Assembly: GCA_038256975.1 (NCBI GenBank)
Contig: JBBSJU010000004.1
Coordinates: forward strand, 1 to 60,171
Length of the DNA stretch: 60,171 bases
Reading direction: 5' to 3'
Source: Minisyncoccia bacterium
GTDB taxonomy: Bacteria; Patescibacteriota; Minisyncoccia; Phycocordibacterales; UBA5272
Shown here: in pieces, positions 36,168-43,376 of the stretch
Position numbering within the stretch: position 1 is the stretch's first letter
How the letters are laid out: every line of letters begins with the position of its first letter
Notes under the pieces: model-generated
What the model saw: the letters and a program-made list of their open reading frames with translations, nothing else
The model's database searches: none
What the model was told of the DNA's origin: nothing
Translations under genes and position numbers: made by a program

Positions 36168-36737
36168 ATGAATGAGCCAGCAGACCTAGTTTACATTGAT
36201 GACTATGATTTATTAGGTAGTAATTTTTATTGGCATAAGTATGAAGCTAAAGGATTAACGAAAGAAGATATACTCTCTGTTGGATTAACGAGCGATCGGG
36301 TACAAATACATAAAGATATCTTACAACCGCTACTTACAGTGAATGCTGAGTTTCAAAGGAAAGGATACCGGTTATACATTAAAGAGGGATATCGTTCGAA
36401 AGCTCTTTACGAAATGATTTACAAACGGCGTGTTACAAAGTTTGGTAAGGAAGAAACCGATCGTCTTTTAAATATGGAAGGGATGCCTCACGCGGAAGGA
36501 AAATCAGTGGATGTGGCCTTATGGAGTCTACGAGAGAATAAGGAAATTTATCTGCGCCAAGGAGAAGACGGGGTAGATGCGCTTTTTGTTGATTTCTATA
36601 AAGGAAAAGAGGATGAGCAAAGCAAAAGATATCAAGAGCTACAAGAATGGATTATTAATATAATGCAAGAACAAGGATTTCGACTGGGTACTAAACGGGA
36701 ATACTTTCATTTCGATTATAAGCCGAATGAGGTTTGA
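36168..36737 (+). CDS. Peptidase M15 family, VanX-like D-Ala-D-Ala dipeptidase (paralogue 1)
   Basis: YIKEGYRSK, MPHAEGKSVDV (H and D zinc ligands) and EYFHFDY (distal His). TATTAT at 36156-36161 lies 6 nt before ATG 36168. Confidence 0.7.
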   Translation: MNEPADLVYIDDYDLLGSNFYWHKYEAKGLTKEDILSVGLTSDRVQIHKDILQPLLTVNAEFQRKGYRLYIKEGYRSKALYEMIYKRRVTKFGKEETDRLLNMEGMPHAEGKSVDVALWSLRENKEIYLRQGEDGVDALFVDFYKGKEDEQSKRYQELQEWIINIMQEQGFRLGTKREYFHFDYKPNEV

Positions 36738-36749
36738 TATACTTTGAGT

Positions 36750-37736
36750 ATGAAAATTTCTGTGGAAAAACTTAAAGTGAAAGTGCTGGAGACTTTTACT
36801 AAAAGCGGATTTACTAATACAGACGCTGAAAACGTTTGGAATTATTTACTTTGGGCTGAAATGTCGGGAATAAAAACACAAGGCATTATAAAAATGATAG
36901 GAACGGAGCCTCTACAAAATATTAAACCAAAAAGTGAAGTCAGAATTGAGAGAGATAAAAAACTTTCACAACTGATTGATGGTGGGGCAAACCCAGCGCC
37001 AATTGTAAGTCAGCAGGCAAGTGATGTTGCAATACGAAAAGCAAAAGAACATGGATTCGGCATTGTTGGAGTTCGTAATACTTTTTCAAGTAATGGAGCG
37101 CAAGCGTACTATGCTGAAAAAATTGCAAAAGAAAATTTAATAGGCATTGTTTGTAGTAGATCACCAGCTTCTACTACTGGTTTTGATAGTATTGATCCTT
37201 TATTTGGTACGAACCCAATAGCTTTTGGATTTCCAACTGATAACGAGCCTTTTGTGTTTGATATGGCTACTTCGGCAATGACTTTCTACGGGCTAGTATT
37301 AGCGAAATCTCAAGGGGTAAAAATACCAAAAAACATGGCAATTGATAAAGATGGGGTATTAACTACTGATCCAGATGCAGCCATGGATGGGGCATTATTG
37401 CCTTTTGATAGAGGATATAAAGGCGCAGGTCTTGGAATGGTTGTTGAGATGCTTGCTGGTCCCTTAGTTAATTCCGCATGGGTTGACAATAAGACCTTTA
37501 AGGAAGAATGGGGGTCACTCTTTATAGCCATCGATCCAGATTTATTAATTGATACAAGTCTTTTTAAGAAAAATGCTTCTGATTTAATATCGAAAGTTAA
37601 GCAGTCTAGAAAGAGACCTGGAGTAGAGGAAATACGCTTACCAGGAGAGATGGCCCTTGAGAGACGAATTGAAGTAAAATCTTCTGGTCTCATTGATGTT
37701 GAAGAGTCAGTTTTGAGAGAGCTAGGGTATCTTTAA
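36750..37736 (+). CDS. Ldh_2 family (malate/L-lactate/sulfolactate-type) 2-hydroxyacid dehydrogenase
   Basis: HGFGIVGVRNTFSSNGAQAYYAE...GTNPIAFGFP...PFDRGYKGAGLGMVVEMLAG. Starts 12 nt after the M15 stop. Confidence 0.75.
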   Translation: MKISVEKLKVKVLETFTKSGFTNTDAENVWNYLLWAEMSGIKTQGIIKMIGTEPLQNIKPKSEVRIERDKKLSQLIDGGANPAPIVSQQASDVAIRKAKEHGFGIVGVRNTFSSNGAQAYYAEKIAKENLIGIVCSRSPASTTGFDSIDPLFGTNPIAFGFPTDNEPFVFDMATSAMTFYGLVLAKSQGVKIPKNMAIDKDGVLTTDPDAAMDGALLPFDRGYKGAGLGMVVEMLAGPLVNSAWVDNKTFKEEWGSLFIAIDPDLLIDTSLFKKNASDLISKVKQSRKRPGVEEIRLPGEMALERRIEVKSSGLIDVEESVLRELGYL

Positions 37737-37759
37737 AATTTTGAAATACCAGAGAGAGA

Positions 37760-37780
37760 AGTTTCAACATCGTGCCAAAC
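37760..37780 (+). repeat. 21-nt post-stop junction motif, copy d
   Basis: AGTTTCAACATCGTGCCAAAC, starting 23 nt after the Ldh_2 stop. Confidence 0.7.
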
Positions 37781-37858
37781 CATCAACCAACTCGTGCTAG
37801 GTTATCGCGGTCGAGACGCGTCGCTTAGCAAAGTTATAGAAAGCGATATAATATAAAA

Positions 37859-38584
37859 ATGCAACGAGATAAAAAATTCTTTTACGAACAATATGAGCAG
37901 CTAAATTGGAAGAATCAAGAAGAAACAAAAATTAATTCTCAAGTAAATGATTATATTAGTGATGAGGTAATCATGAGACATGAAAATGAAAGTATATCTC
38001 TTTTTGATATTGGTTTTGGAGTAGGATTCTTTATAACAAATTTATCAGAGAAGCTCAAAACTAAATACAAATATATTTGTATAGAAGGATGTGAGCCAGC
38101 TAAAGTAAGTTACGAACATTTCAGTAAAAAAGATATATCCGGTGTAGAGTTAAAAATCTCCAATCAGTCTTTTCTAGATATTTCCAGTGATAAGACTTTT
38201 GATTTTATAACTGCGATTTATGTCTTCCCACATTTCACTTTTGATGATTTGGAATCTGTTATAAAAAAGATTAATTCGATGTTAAATATTAGAGGAAAGT
38301 TCATCATGGTAATCACAAGTGAAAAATCATATAAAGAAGGTTTAGTAAAAGGTAAAGATTTATTTAATCTTGTGGAAGATAACAAAGTTATTTACCAAGG
38401 AAAAGAGTATCAAGAATATCTACACAAATCTCTTATTCCTGGAATAGGAGATGTTTATGATTTCAATAGAGATGAGGCACTCTACTTGGAAATGTTTAAA
38501 AATAATGGCTTTTCTGTAAATGGGCAAAAGGAACTTAATGATGGGTATTTTTTGAATAAGATTCTGGTGTTTGAGAAGAAATAA
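37859..38584 (+). CDS. Class I SAM-dependent methyltransferase
   Basis: LFDIGFGVGFF (motif I), FDFITAIYVFPHF, LNIRGKFIMVI. TATAAT at 37847-37852 lies 6 nt before the ATG. Confidence 0.7.
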   Translation: MQRDKKFFYEQYEQLNWKNQEETKINSQVNDYISDEVIMRHENESISLFDIGFGVGFFITNLSEKLKTKYKYICIEGCEPAKVSYEHFSKKDISGVELKISNQSFLDISSDKTFDFITAIYVFPHFTFDDLESVIKKINSMLNIRGKFIMVITSEKSYKEGLVKGKDLFNLVEDNKVIYQGKEYQEYLHKSLIPGIGDVYDFNRDEALYLEMFKNNGFSVNGQKELNDGYFLNKILVFEKK

Positions 38585-38585
38585 A

Positions 38586-38606
38586 AGTTTCAACCTCGTC
38601 CCAGAC
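38586..38606 (+). repeat. 21-nt post-stop junction motif, copy e (equals the consensus)
   Basis: AGTTTCAACCTCGTCCCAGAC, starting 1 nt after the methyltransferase stop. Confidence 0.75.
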
Positions 38607-38616
38607 GTGTGGTAAG

Positions 38617-38625
38617 TGCTATAAT
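38617..38625 (+). promoter_or_regulatory. Extended -10 promoter TGcTATAAT, 7 nt before ATG 38633
   Basis: gTGcTATAATcatctttATG. Confidence 0.6.
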
Positions 38626-38632
38626 CATCTTT

Positions 38633-38944
38633 ATGAATGAACTCATACACTACATCGGAGAAAAGTGGCTCTGCACTCCCGCTCGCTATCCAGAAATGGA
38701 AGGCATGAACGAAGATGAAAAATTTCGTTTCGTACTACGACATTCAGCTCTACACTTTGCTAAAACAGCTGGAAAGATAGCCAGTGTAAGTGAAGATGTG
38801 GATCATGGAGACCAGATCAATATTGAAGATTTAAAAACTAACACAGCCAAGTCTCTTATTAACACCCTGTATCTTGCTGGCCAATTGAAGATGACTGAAG
38901 AAGAACTCGCAAAGCTTGTTAAGCAGATTGTTGATTCACATTAA
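38633..38944 (+). CDS. Hypothetical all-alpha protein (103 aa), possibly MazG-like
   Basis: ATG 38633 preferred over the track GTG at 38609. FVLRHSALHFAKTAGKIASVSEDVDHG is only weakly MazG-like. Confidence 0.4.
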   Translation: MNELIHYIGEKWLCTPARYPEMEGMNEDEKFRFVLRHSALHFAKTAGKIASVSEDVDHGDQINIEDLKTNTAKSLINTLYLAGQLKMTEEELAKLVKQIVDSH

Positions 38945-38947
38945 GAA

Positions 38948-38968
38948 TATTTCGATTTCGTCCCAGAA
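38948..38968 (+). repeat. 21-nt post-stop junction motif, copy f
   Basis: TATTTCGATTTCGTCCCAGAA, starting 3 nt after the stop at 38942-38944. Confidence 0.7.
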
Positions 38969-39026
38969 CACTTCCATATGCCCTATATGATTCTAAAAAT
39001 AGAGAACTTTGCTAACATAAATTCAT

Positions 39027-39446
39027 ATGGCAGAACTTAAAACAAAAGTAACAACGGCAAGCGTAACAGATTTTATCGGAGAGATTAGTGGCACAGAAAA
39101 ACGCAGAGATAGTTTAACGCTACTTAAGATATTCAAAAGTGTAACTGGAGAAAAACCAAAGATGTGGGGATCGTCAATTATAGGGTTTGGGAAATATCAT
39201 TACTCATCGGAACGCAGCGCACAAAAGGGAGACTGGCCACTAACAGGATTTTCTCCCCGTAAGCAAAATCTTACTCTGTACATCATGCCTGGGTTTAAAA
39301 ACTATGGAACCTTATTGAAAGACCTTGGAAAACACAAAACAAGTGTTGGTTGTTTGTATGTAAAAAGATTATCAGACGTCAATGAAAAAGTACTCATTAA
39401 ACTTATTGAGAAATCTTTTGTCGATACGAAGAAAAAATACAGTTAA
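39027..39446 (+). CDS. DUF1801 (YdhG-like) protein
   Basis: VTDFIGEI...RRDSLTLLKIFKSVTGEKPKMWGSSIIGFGKYHYSSERSAQKGDWPLTGFSPRKQNLTLYI. Confidence 0.7.
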   Translation: MAELKTKVTTASVTDFIGEISGTEKRRDSLTLLKIFKSVTGEKPKMWGSSIIGFGKYHYSSERSAQKGDWPLTGFSPRKQNLTLYIMPGFKNYGTLLKDLGKHKTSVGCLYVKRLSDVNEKVLIKLIEKSFVDTKKKYS

Positions 39447-39552
39447 AAAAGAAAGAAGCGAAACTAACTCTGGTCGGGTACTGATTATTTTCGGGCACGA
39501 GGGTAATACGAAAGTTCAAACTTCATGACTTTTGGGAACTAGTTCACATACC

Positions 39553-39607
39553 TTTTTACAAAATGAAAACACGCCTACGAAAAGCATGTTTTCAGTAAGC
39601 GTGTGTA
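39553..39607 (-). repeat. 55-nt exact repeat (copy 1), likely the intrinsic terminator/3' UTR of the minus-strand small membrane-protein gene
   Basis: tttttacaaaatgaaaacacgcctacgaaaagcatgttttcagtaagcgtgtgta is identical to 40675-40729. On the minus strand ACACGC...GCGTGT is followed by TTTTCATTTTGTAAAAA. Confidence 0.75.
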
Positions 39608-39612
39608 TTAGT

Positions 39613-39840
39613 TCAGTAGCGGAGTACGGTCGGGACGTTGTTCTGTCGCTGAGTGCGGAGCTTCTTGATGTAGGCACAGAACTCGCACCCAAGCGCAACG
39701 TAGCCGGCGATGGTGGCGGAGATGATCATTCCACGAGCGATGTCCTTTTCGCCTTGGATGGCGAAGTAAAGGCCAATCGCAAATGTGACCACGAAAATGA
39801 CGAAACAAGCGACCGTGCTTCTGTCAAAGCCGTTATTCAT
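39613..39840 (-). CDS. Small two-TM membrane protein with basic C-terminal tail (paralogue 1)
   Basis: MNNGFDRSTVACFVIFVVTFAIGLYFAI..GMIISATIAGYVALGCEFCAYIKKLRTQRQ. SD AAGGAG lies 8 nt before the ATG. GC-richer than flanks. Confidence 0.65.
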   Translation of the reverse strand: MNNGFDRSTVACFVIFVVTFAIGLYFAIQGEKDIARGMIISATIAGYVALGCEFCAYIKKLRTQRQNNVPTVLRY

Positions 39841-39920
39841 GACGAACTCTCCTTTGGTTTAGAATGAACTAGTTAGTCGACCACTAGTCGACGCACAGCC
39901 CTTCAGTGACTGTTACCAAC

Positions 39921-39948
39921 AGTATAGCATATTATAGTATATTGTCAA
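39921..39948 (-). promoter_or_regulatory. Sigma-70-type promoter for the minus-strand small membrane-protein gene
   Basis: Minus strand reads TTGACA (39948-39943), 16 nt, TGcTATACT (-10 at 39926-21). Confidence 0.55.
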
Positions 39949-39976
39949 TATCGATATCTAGCTGATTTTTTAAAAT

Positions 39977-39997
39977 AGTTTCGACCTCGTTCCAGAT
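39977..39997 (+). repeat. 21-nt junction motif, copy g
   Basis: AGTTTCGACCTCGTTCCAGAT, 64 nt upstream of ATG 40062. Confidence 0.7.
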
Positions 39998-40061
39998 TTG
40001 TAGCTATTAACGGCTAGTCTAGTGGTCAGATAAAATTCATTTTTTCTTGTATCATGTCTAT

Positions 40062-40640
40062 ATGAATGAGCCAACAGATCTAGTTTATATCGATGACTAT
40101 AATTTATTAGGTAGTAATTTTTATTGGCATAAATATGAAACTCACGGACTCACGAAAGAAGATATTTTAGGTGCTGGTTTGGTAGACGATAGAGTTCAGG
40201 TGAGCAAACAGATTATTGAGCCTCTTATTGCGGCAGACAATGAATTACAGAAAAAAGGATGGCGGCTTTATATTAAAGAAGGGTATCGTTCAAAAGATCT
40301 TTACAAGGTAGTCTATGAGAAAAGAATTGCTAAATATGGAAAAGAAGTCACAGATACTATATTAAACATAGATACGATGCCACATTCTGAAGGTTTGTCT
40401 GTCGATATTTCAATTTGGGACACTAAGACAGATAAAGAGATATATATGCGTAAAGGGAGTGATGGTGTGCCAGCTTTCTTTACCCATTTCTATCGTGATA
40501 AAAGTGATGAGGAATCAAAAAGTTATCAAGAACTTCAAGATTATATAGCCAAATTAATGATGAAATATGGTTTCCGTTTTGCGTCGAAAAAGGAATACTT
40601 TCATTTTGATTATCGCCCTAGCTTACCTCCCAATTATTAG
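40062..40640 (+). CDS. Peptidase M15 family, VanX-like D-Ala-D-Ala dipeptidase (paralogue 2)
   Basis: About 60% aa identity by eye to 36168..36737. YIKEGYRSK, MPHSEGLSVDI, EYFHFDY. The promoter and first ~100 nt are nearly identical to paralogue 1. Confidence 0.7.
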   Translation: MNEPTDLVYIDDYNLLGSNFYWHKYETHGLTKEDILGAGLVDDRVQVSKQIIEPLIAADNELQKKGWRLYIKEGYRSKDLYKVVYEKRIAKYGKEVTDTILNIDTMPHSEGLSVDISIWDTKTDKEIYMRKGSDGVPAFFTHFYRDKSDEESKSYQELQDYIAKLMMKYGFRFASKKEYFHFDYRPSLPPNY

Positions 40641-40674
40641 AAGCTCTGATCTTCCCTTTGATCCGCAACTCGCG

Positions 40675-40729
40675 TTTTTACAAAATGAAAACACGCCTAC
40701 GAAAAGCATGTTTTCAGTAAGCGTGTGTA
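40675..40729 (-). repeat. 55-nt exact repeat (copy 2), terminator/3' UTR of the second small membrane-protein gene
   Basis: Identical to 39553-39607. Confidence 0.75.
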
Positions 40730-40736
40730 GATGTGT

Positions 40737-40961
40737 TCAACGGAGAACAATCCACCTGTTCCGTCGCCGAATGCGTAGTCGTCTGAGGTAGGCCCTCACT
40801 TCGCACCAGATCCCGATGAAGCCGATAACCGCGGCAGCACCAATTGCTTTTCGGGCAATCTCGCCTTCACCTCCGATGGCGAACAGAATCCCGGCTACGA
40901 GCATGATTACGGAGATAATAAAAGAAATCAACGCACCTCTGGTATATCCGGTACCGGTCAT
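40737..40961 (-). CDS. Small two-TM membrane protein with Arg-rich C-terminal tail (paralogue 2)
   Basis: MTGTGYTRGALISFIISVIMLVAGILFAI..AIGAAAVIGFIGIWCEVRAYLRRLRIRRRNR. SD GAGGGG lies 6 nt before the ATG. Confidence 0.65.
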   Translation of the reverse strand: MTGTGYTRGALISFIISVIMLVAGILFAIGGEGEIARKAIGAAAVIGFIGIWCEVRAYLRRLRIRRRNRWIVLR

Positions 40962-41211
40962 GGTAGACCCCTCTATGCTTTATTGTGTGAGAAAAACTCT
41001 CCTAAAATAGCCCAGGAGTGAACTTTTTCTAAAGACCAGAATCAATTAATTCGTACCATGGATTATAAATGATGTCTATTCTAGTTTGAGCGGTCGTTTG
41101 TGGTGGTAAATAAGAATAAGTACATAGTGGCTTGGCCTAACAAGTATCCGCGAGGTAAGTAACTCGTAAATTTCTACTATAATTGCAATATATTGTGTAT
41201 GATTTATCACA

Positions 41212-41967
41212 ATGGCTGAAGAAAATAATTACGATCAGTTTGCTGCTGTTCGCCAAGAAGAATTGCGTAACGGGACCAAATTTTCTCATACGTATGTAGA
41301 GAAACCGATGATGGCAAACCTTTTACCAAACCTTAGTCACAAAAAAGTATTAATGCTTGGTTGTGGAACAGGAGAAGAAAGTGTACTACTTAAAAAACAC
41401 GAGGCAAAAGAATTGGTAGGAATGGATCAGTCCCCGGAGTCTATTCGTCTGGCAAATGAAACTTATCCGGAACATACATTTGTTCTTGGAGATATGCATG
41501 TATTAAATTTTCCAGATAACAGTTTTGATTTTGTGTATAGTAGCCTAGCTATTCACTACTCAGAACAGCCACAGAAAGTATATCAAGAGGTCTATAGAAT
41601 TCTAAAATCAGGAGGGCAGTTTCTTTTTTCGGTTGGGCATCCAGTACGATGGGCATCCGAGCAACAAGAAATTGGCGGCGCTACCTCAAGGATTATTGGA
41701 TTCTCAGAAAATAAAAAGAACCCAAGGCTATATGGAGGTTACCTAACCTTCAAGAAATACAATCATCATTTTCTGGGAGATGAGACATTGAGCTTTTGGG
41801 TTGCTCCACCAAGCCTACACTTTAAGCTTTTAAAAGAAGCTGGGTTTGCTATTAATGACTTCGTTGAGTCACGTGTCATTGATGCGTGTGAGAGGGTGGA
41901 TGATTATTACTATAAAAGATATTCTGAGTTTCCTCAGTTTGTAGCCTTTTTAGTTACTAAGAATTAG
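41212..41967 (+). CDS. Class I SAM-dependent methyltransferase
   Basis: VLMLGCGTGEESVLL (motif I), FDFVYSSLAIHY, LKSGGQFLFSV. Confidence 0.8.
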   Translation: MAEENNYDQFAAVRQEELRNGTKFSHTYVEKPMMANLLPNLSHKKVLMLGCGTGEESVLLKKHEAKELVGMDQSPESIRLANETYPEHTFVLGDMHVLNFPDNSFDFVYSSLAIHYSEQPQKVYQEVYRILKSGGQFLFSVGHPVRWASEQQEIGGATSRIIGFSENKKNPRLYGGYLTFKKYNHHFLGDETLSFWVAPPSLHFKLLKEAGFAINDFVESRVIDACERVDDYYYKRYSEFPQFVAFLVTKN

Positions 41968-42075
41968 AAAAGTTCTAGTTCCATCCAGATCTGCAACTCG
42001 AAAAGTTAAACTTGAAAAACGTTTATTCTGCGTGGAGCAGAAAGAATAAAATTATTCTTATTTAGAAATTCCTCC

Positions 42076-42104
42076 TTGACTCTTTTTGGTATTTACCTTA
42101 TCTT
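42076..42104 (+). promoter_or_regulatory. Sigma-70-type promoter TTGACT-17 nt-TATCTT
   Basis: TTGACT at 42076-42081 and TATCTT at 42099-42104. The track's TTG start at 42076 is the -35 box. Confidence 0.55.
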
Positions 42105-42138
42105 GCTAACAGCACAACTGACCCAAAGGAGGCAAACT

Positions 42139-42501
42139 GTGCCAATGATTGAGTTTCGCTACGACCCACAAAAACTGGATGAGGGAAAAGCGCGATTTAT
42201 TGCTTCCTGTCTCGAAAGAGAATTGCGCGAGGCTATCAGGAAGATACGTCCAAACCTTTCTCGTCAATACGGCGTAACTACGGAAGGTGATCCTTTCCGC
42301 ATCGCGTTTAATCAACCTGAGTTGAGGATACTCATCTTTTACCATGAAGAATGGAAATTTACGGCACGTGAACTGGAACGTCTTCTAAAAAAGATGAAAG
42401 CCAGCGTTGGATCACTCCTCAAATTCTCCAAGGTCGAAGGCGTGTTGGTCAAGATACGCTTTTATGCTCGTGTTGGACACGCGAGTACCTCTATTCCGTA
42501 A
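42139..42501 (+). CDS. Hypothetical protein (120 aa), SD-led and GC-richer
   Basis: GGAGG at 42128-42132 lies 6 nt before GTG 42139 (ATG 42145 is the alternative). No family recognised. Confidence 0.5.
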   Translation: MPMIEFRYDPQKLDEGKARFIASCLERELREAIRKIRPNLSRQYGVTTEGDPFRIAFNQPELRILIFYHEEWKFTARELERLLKKMKASVGSLLKFSKVEGVLVKIRFYARVGHASTSIP

Positions 42502-42523
42502 TGAGTCAAGAATGACCGAAATC

Positions 42524-42560
42524 CACCTCCTAGCTTCAGCGAAGAGGTGGTTGTTATTTA
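42524..42560 (+). terminator. Rho-independent terminator
   Basis: CCACCTC (42524-42530) pairs with GAGGTGG (42545-42551), followed by ttgttattt. Confidence 0.6.
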
Positions 42561-42578
42561 ATGTTTTGCCTAGACCTG

Positions 42579-42607
42579 TTGACATACTTAGCAGGCCGTG
42601 CTATTAT
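42579..42607 (+). promoter_or_regulatory. Near-consensus sigma-70 promoter TTGACA-17 nt-TGcTATTAT
   Basis: TTGACA at 42579-42584, a 17-nt spacer, and TATTAT at 42602-42607 preceded by TGc. Confidence 0.65.
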
Positions 42608-42667
42608 TAACCGAGGTCAGGATCCAGATCCTGAATGTTCAGCACAAACCAAAATTCGGAGGTCATC

Positions 42668-42811
42668 ATGACGGCATGGCAGACTCTCGGTCAATACGAG
42701 TATGAATACGATGAACGTGGACAGTACACCGGCTGGTACCGATACATCGGAGGCAGGCTCGCGAATGGCCATTGGCCCCAGTGGAACAACAAAACTGGTG
42801 CCGCGCGGTGA
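42668..42811 (+). CDS. Unlisted small ORF (47 aa), W/Y/G-rich
   Basis: GGAGG lies 5 nt before ATG 42668. Product is MTAWQTLGQYEYEYDERGQYTGWYRYIGGRLANGHWPQWNNKTGAAR with TGA at 42809-42811. Sits downstream of the 42579 promoter. Confidence 0.45.
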   Translation: MTAWQTLGQYEYEYDERGQYTGWYRYIGGRLANGHWPQWNNKTGAAR

Positions 42812-42945
42812 AATATTCGCAACAAATCCAACACCCCATCTAGTAGCAAAGGCGAACGGTGGGGTTTCGACTTAATCTAATAACCTCGTTCTAGATATCT
42901 AGCTGGTATACTTAATATATTAGAATACGTAATTAAATAATCACT

Positions 42946-43311
42946 ATGGCTAAATATGTAGATGGATTTGTGCTCACAATTAAAAAAACTAAGCGTGCTG
43001 CGTATAAGAAGATGGCACAAGAAGGAAAGTCCGCGTGGATGAAGTTTGGCGCACTTTCGTATATGGAGTGTCGTGCTGATGATGTAACACCAGCTCATGT
43101 TGCTTTTACGTTTCCAAAGATGGCAAAAGCAAAAGAAGATGAAGAAGTGTGGTTCTCATTTATTGCTTTTAGTTCAAAGAAACATCGTAACGAAGTGAAT
43201 AAGAAAGTAATGGAATTCTTCGACAAGAAATATGCAGGCAAAAACCAGGATATGCCATTTGATATGAAGCGTTTCGCGTATGGGGGATTTACTGTTGAAG
43301 TAGAAGGGTAG
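42946..43311 (+). CDS. DUF1428-family protein
   Basis: MAKYVDGFVLTIKKTKRAAYKKMAQEGKSAWMKFGALSYMECRADDV...FAYGGF. Confidence 0.7.
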   Translation: MAKYVDGFVLTIKKTKRAAYKKMAQEGKSAWMKFGALSYMECRADDVTPAHVAFTFPKMAKAKEDEEVWFSFIAFSSKKHRNEVNKKVMEFFDKKYAGKNQDMPFDMKRFAYGGFTVEVEG

Positions 43312-43376
43312 AAAAACTCATTGCCTAAACCCATTTAGCGATATAATAAAAGTATTAACAATTGATTAATTTATAT

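Noticed and set aside
39532-39867. Plus-strand ORFs 39532..39867 and 40567..40791, which share the peptide FLQNENTPTKSMFSVSVC.
   Set aside because: The shared peptide is just the translation of the 55-nt exact repeat (terminator/3' UTR). Both ORFs run antisense to the SD-led small membrane-protein genes.
32685-39997. The repeated 21-nt motif considered as a CRISPR array.
   Set aside because: Spacing is gene-sized and irregular (about 360 nt to 2.9 kb), the copies are not identical, the intervening DNA encodes proteins, and no cas genes are present.
32685-39997. The 21-nt motif considered as classical integron attC sites.
   Set aside because: I could not find the paired R''/L''...L'/R' imperfect inverted repeats or a GTTRRRY core at the right spacing. 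The cassettes carry their own promoters, and no intI-like gene is in the window. Only a functional analogy is retained.
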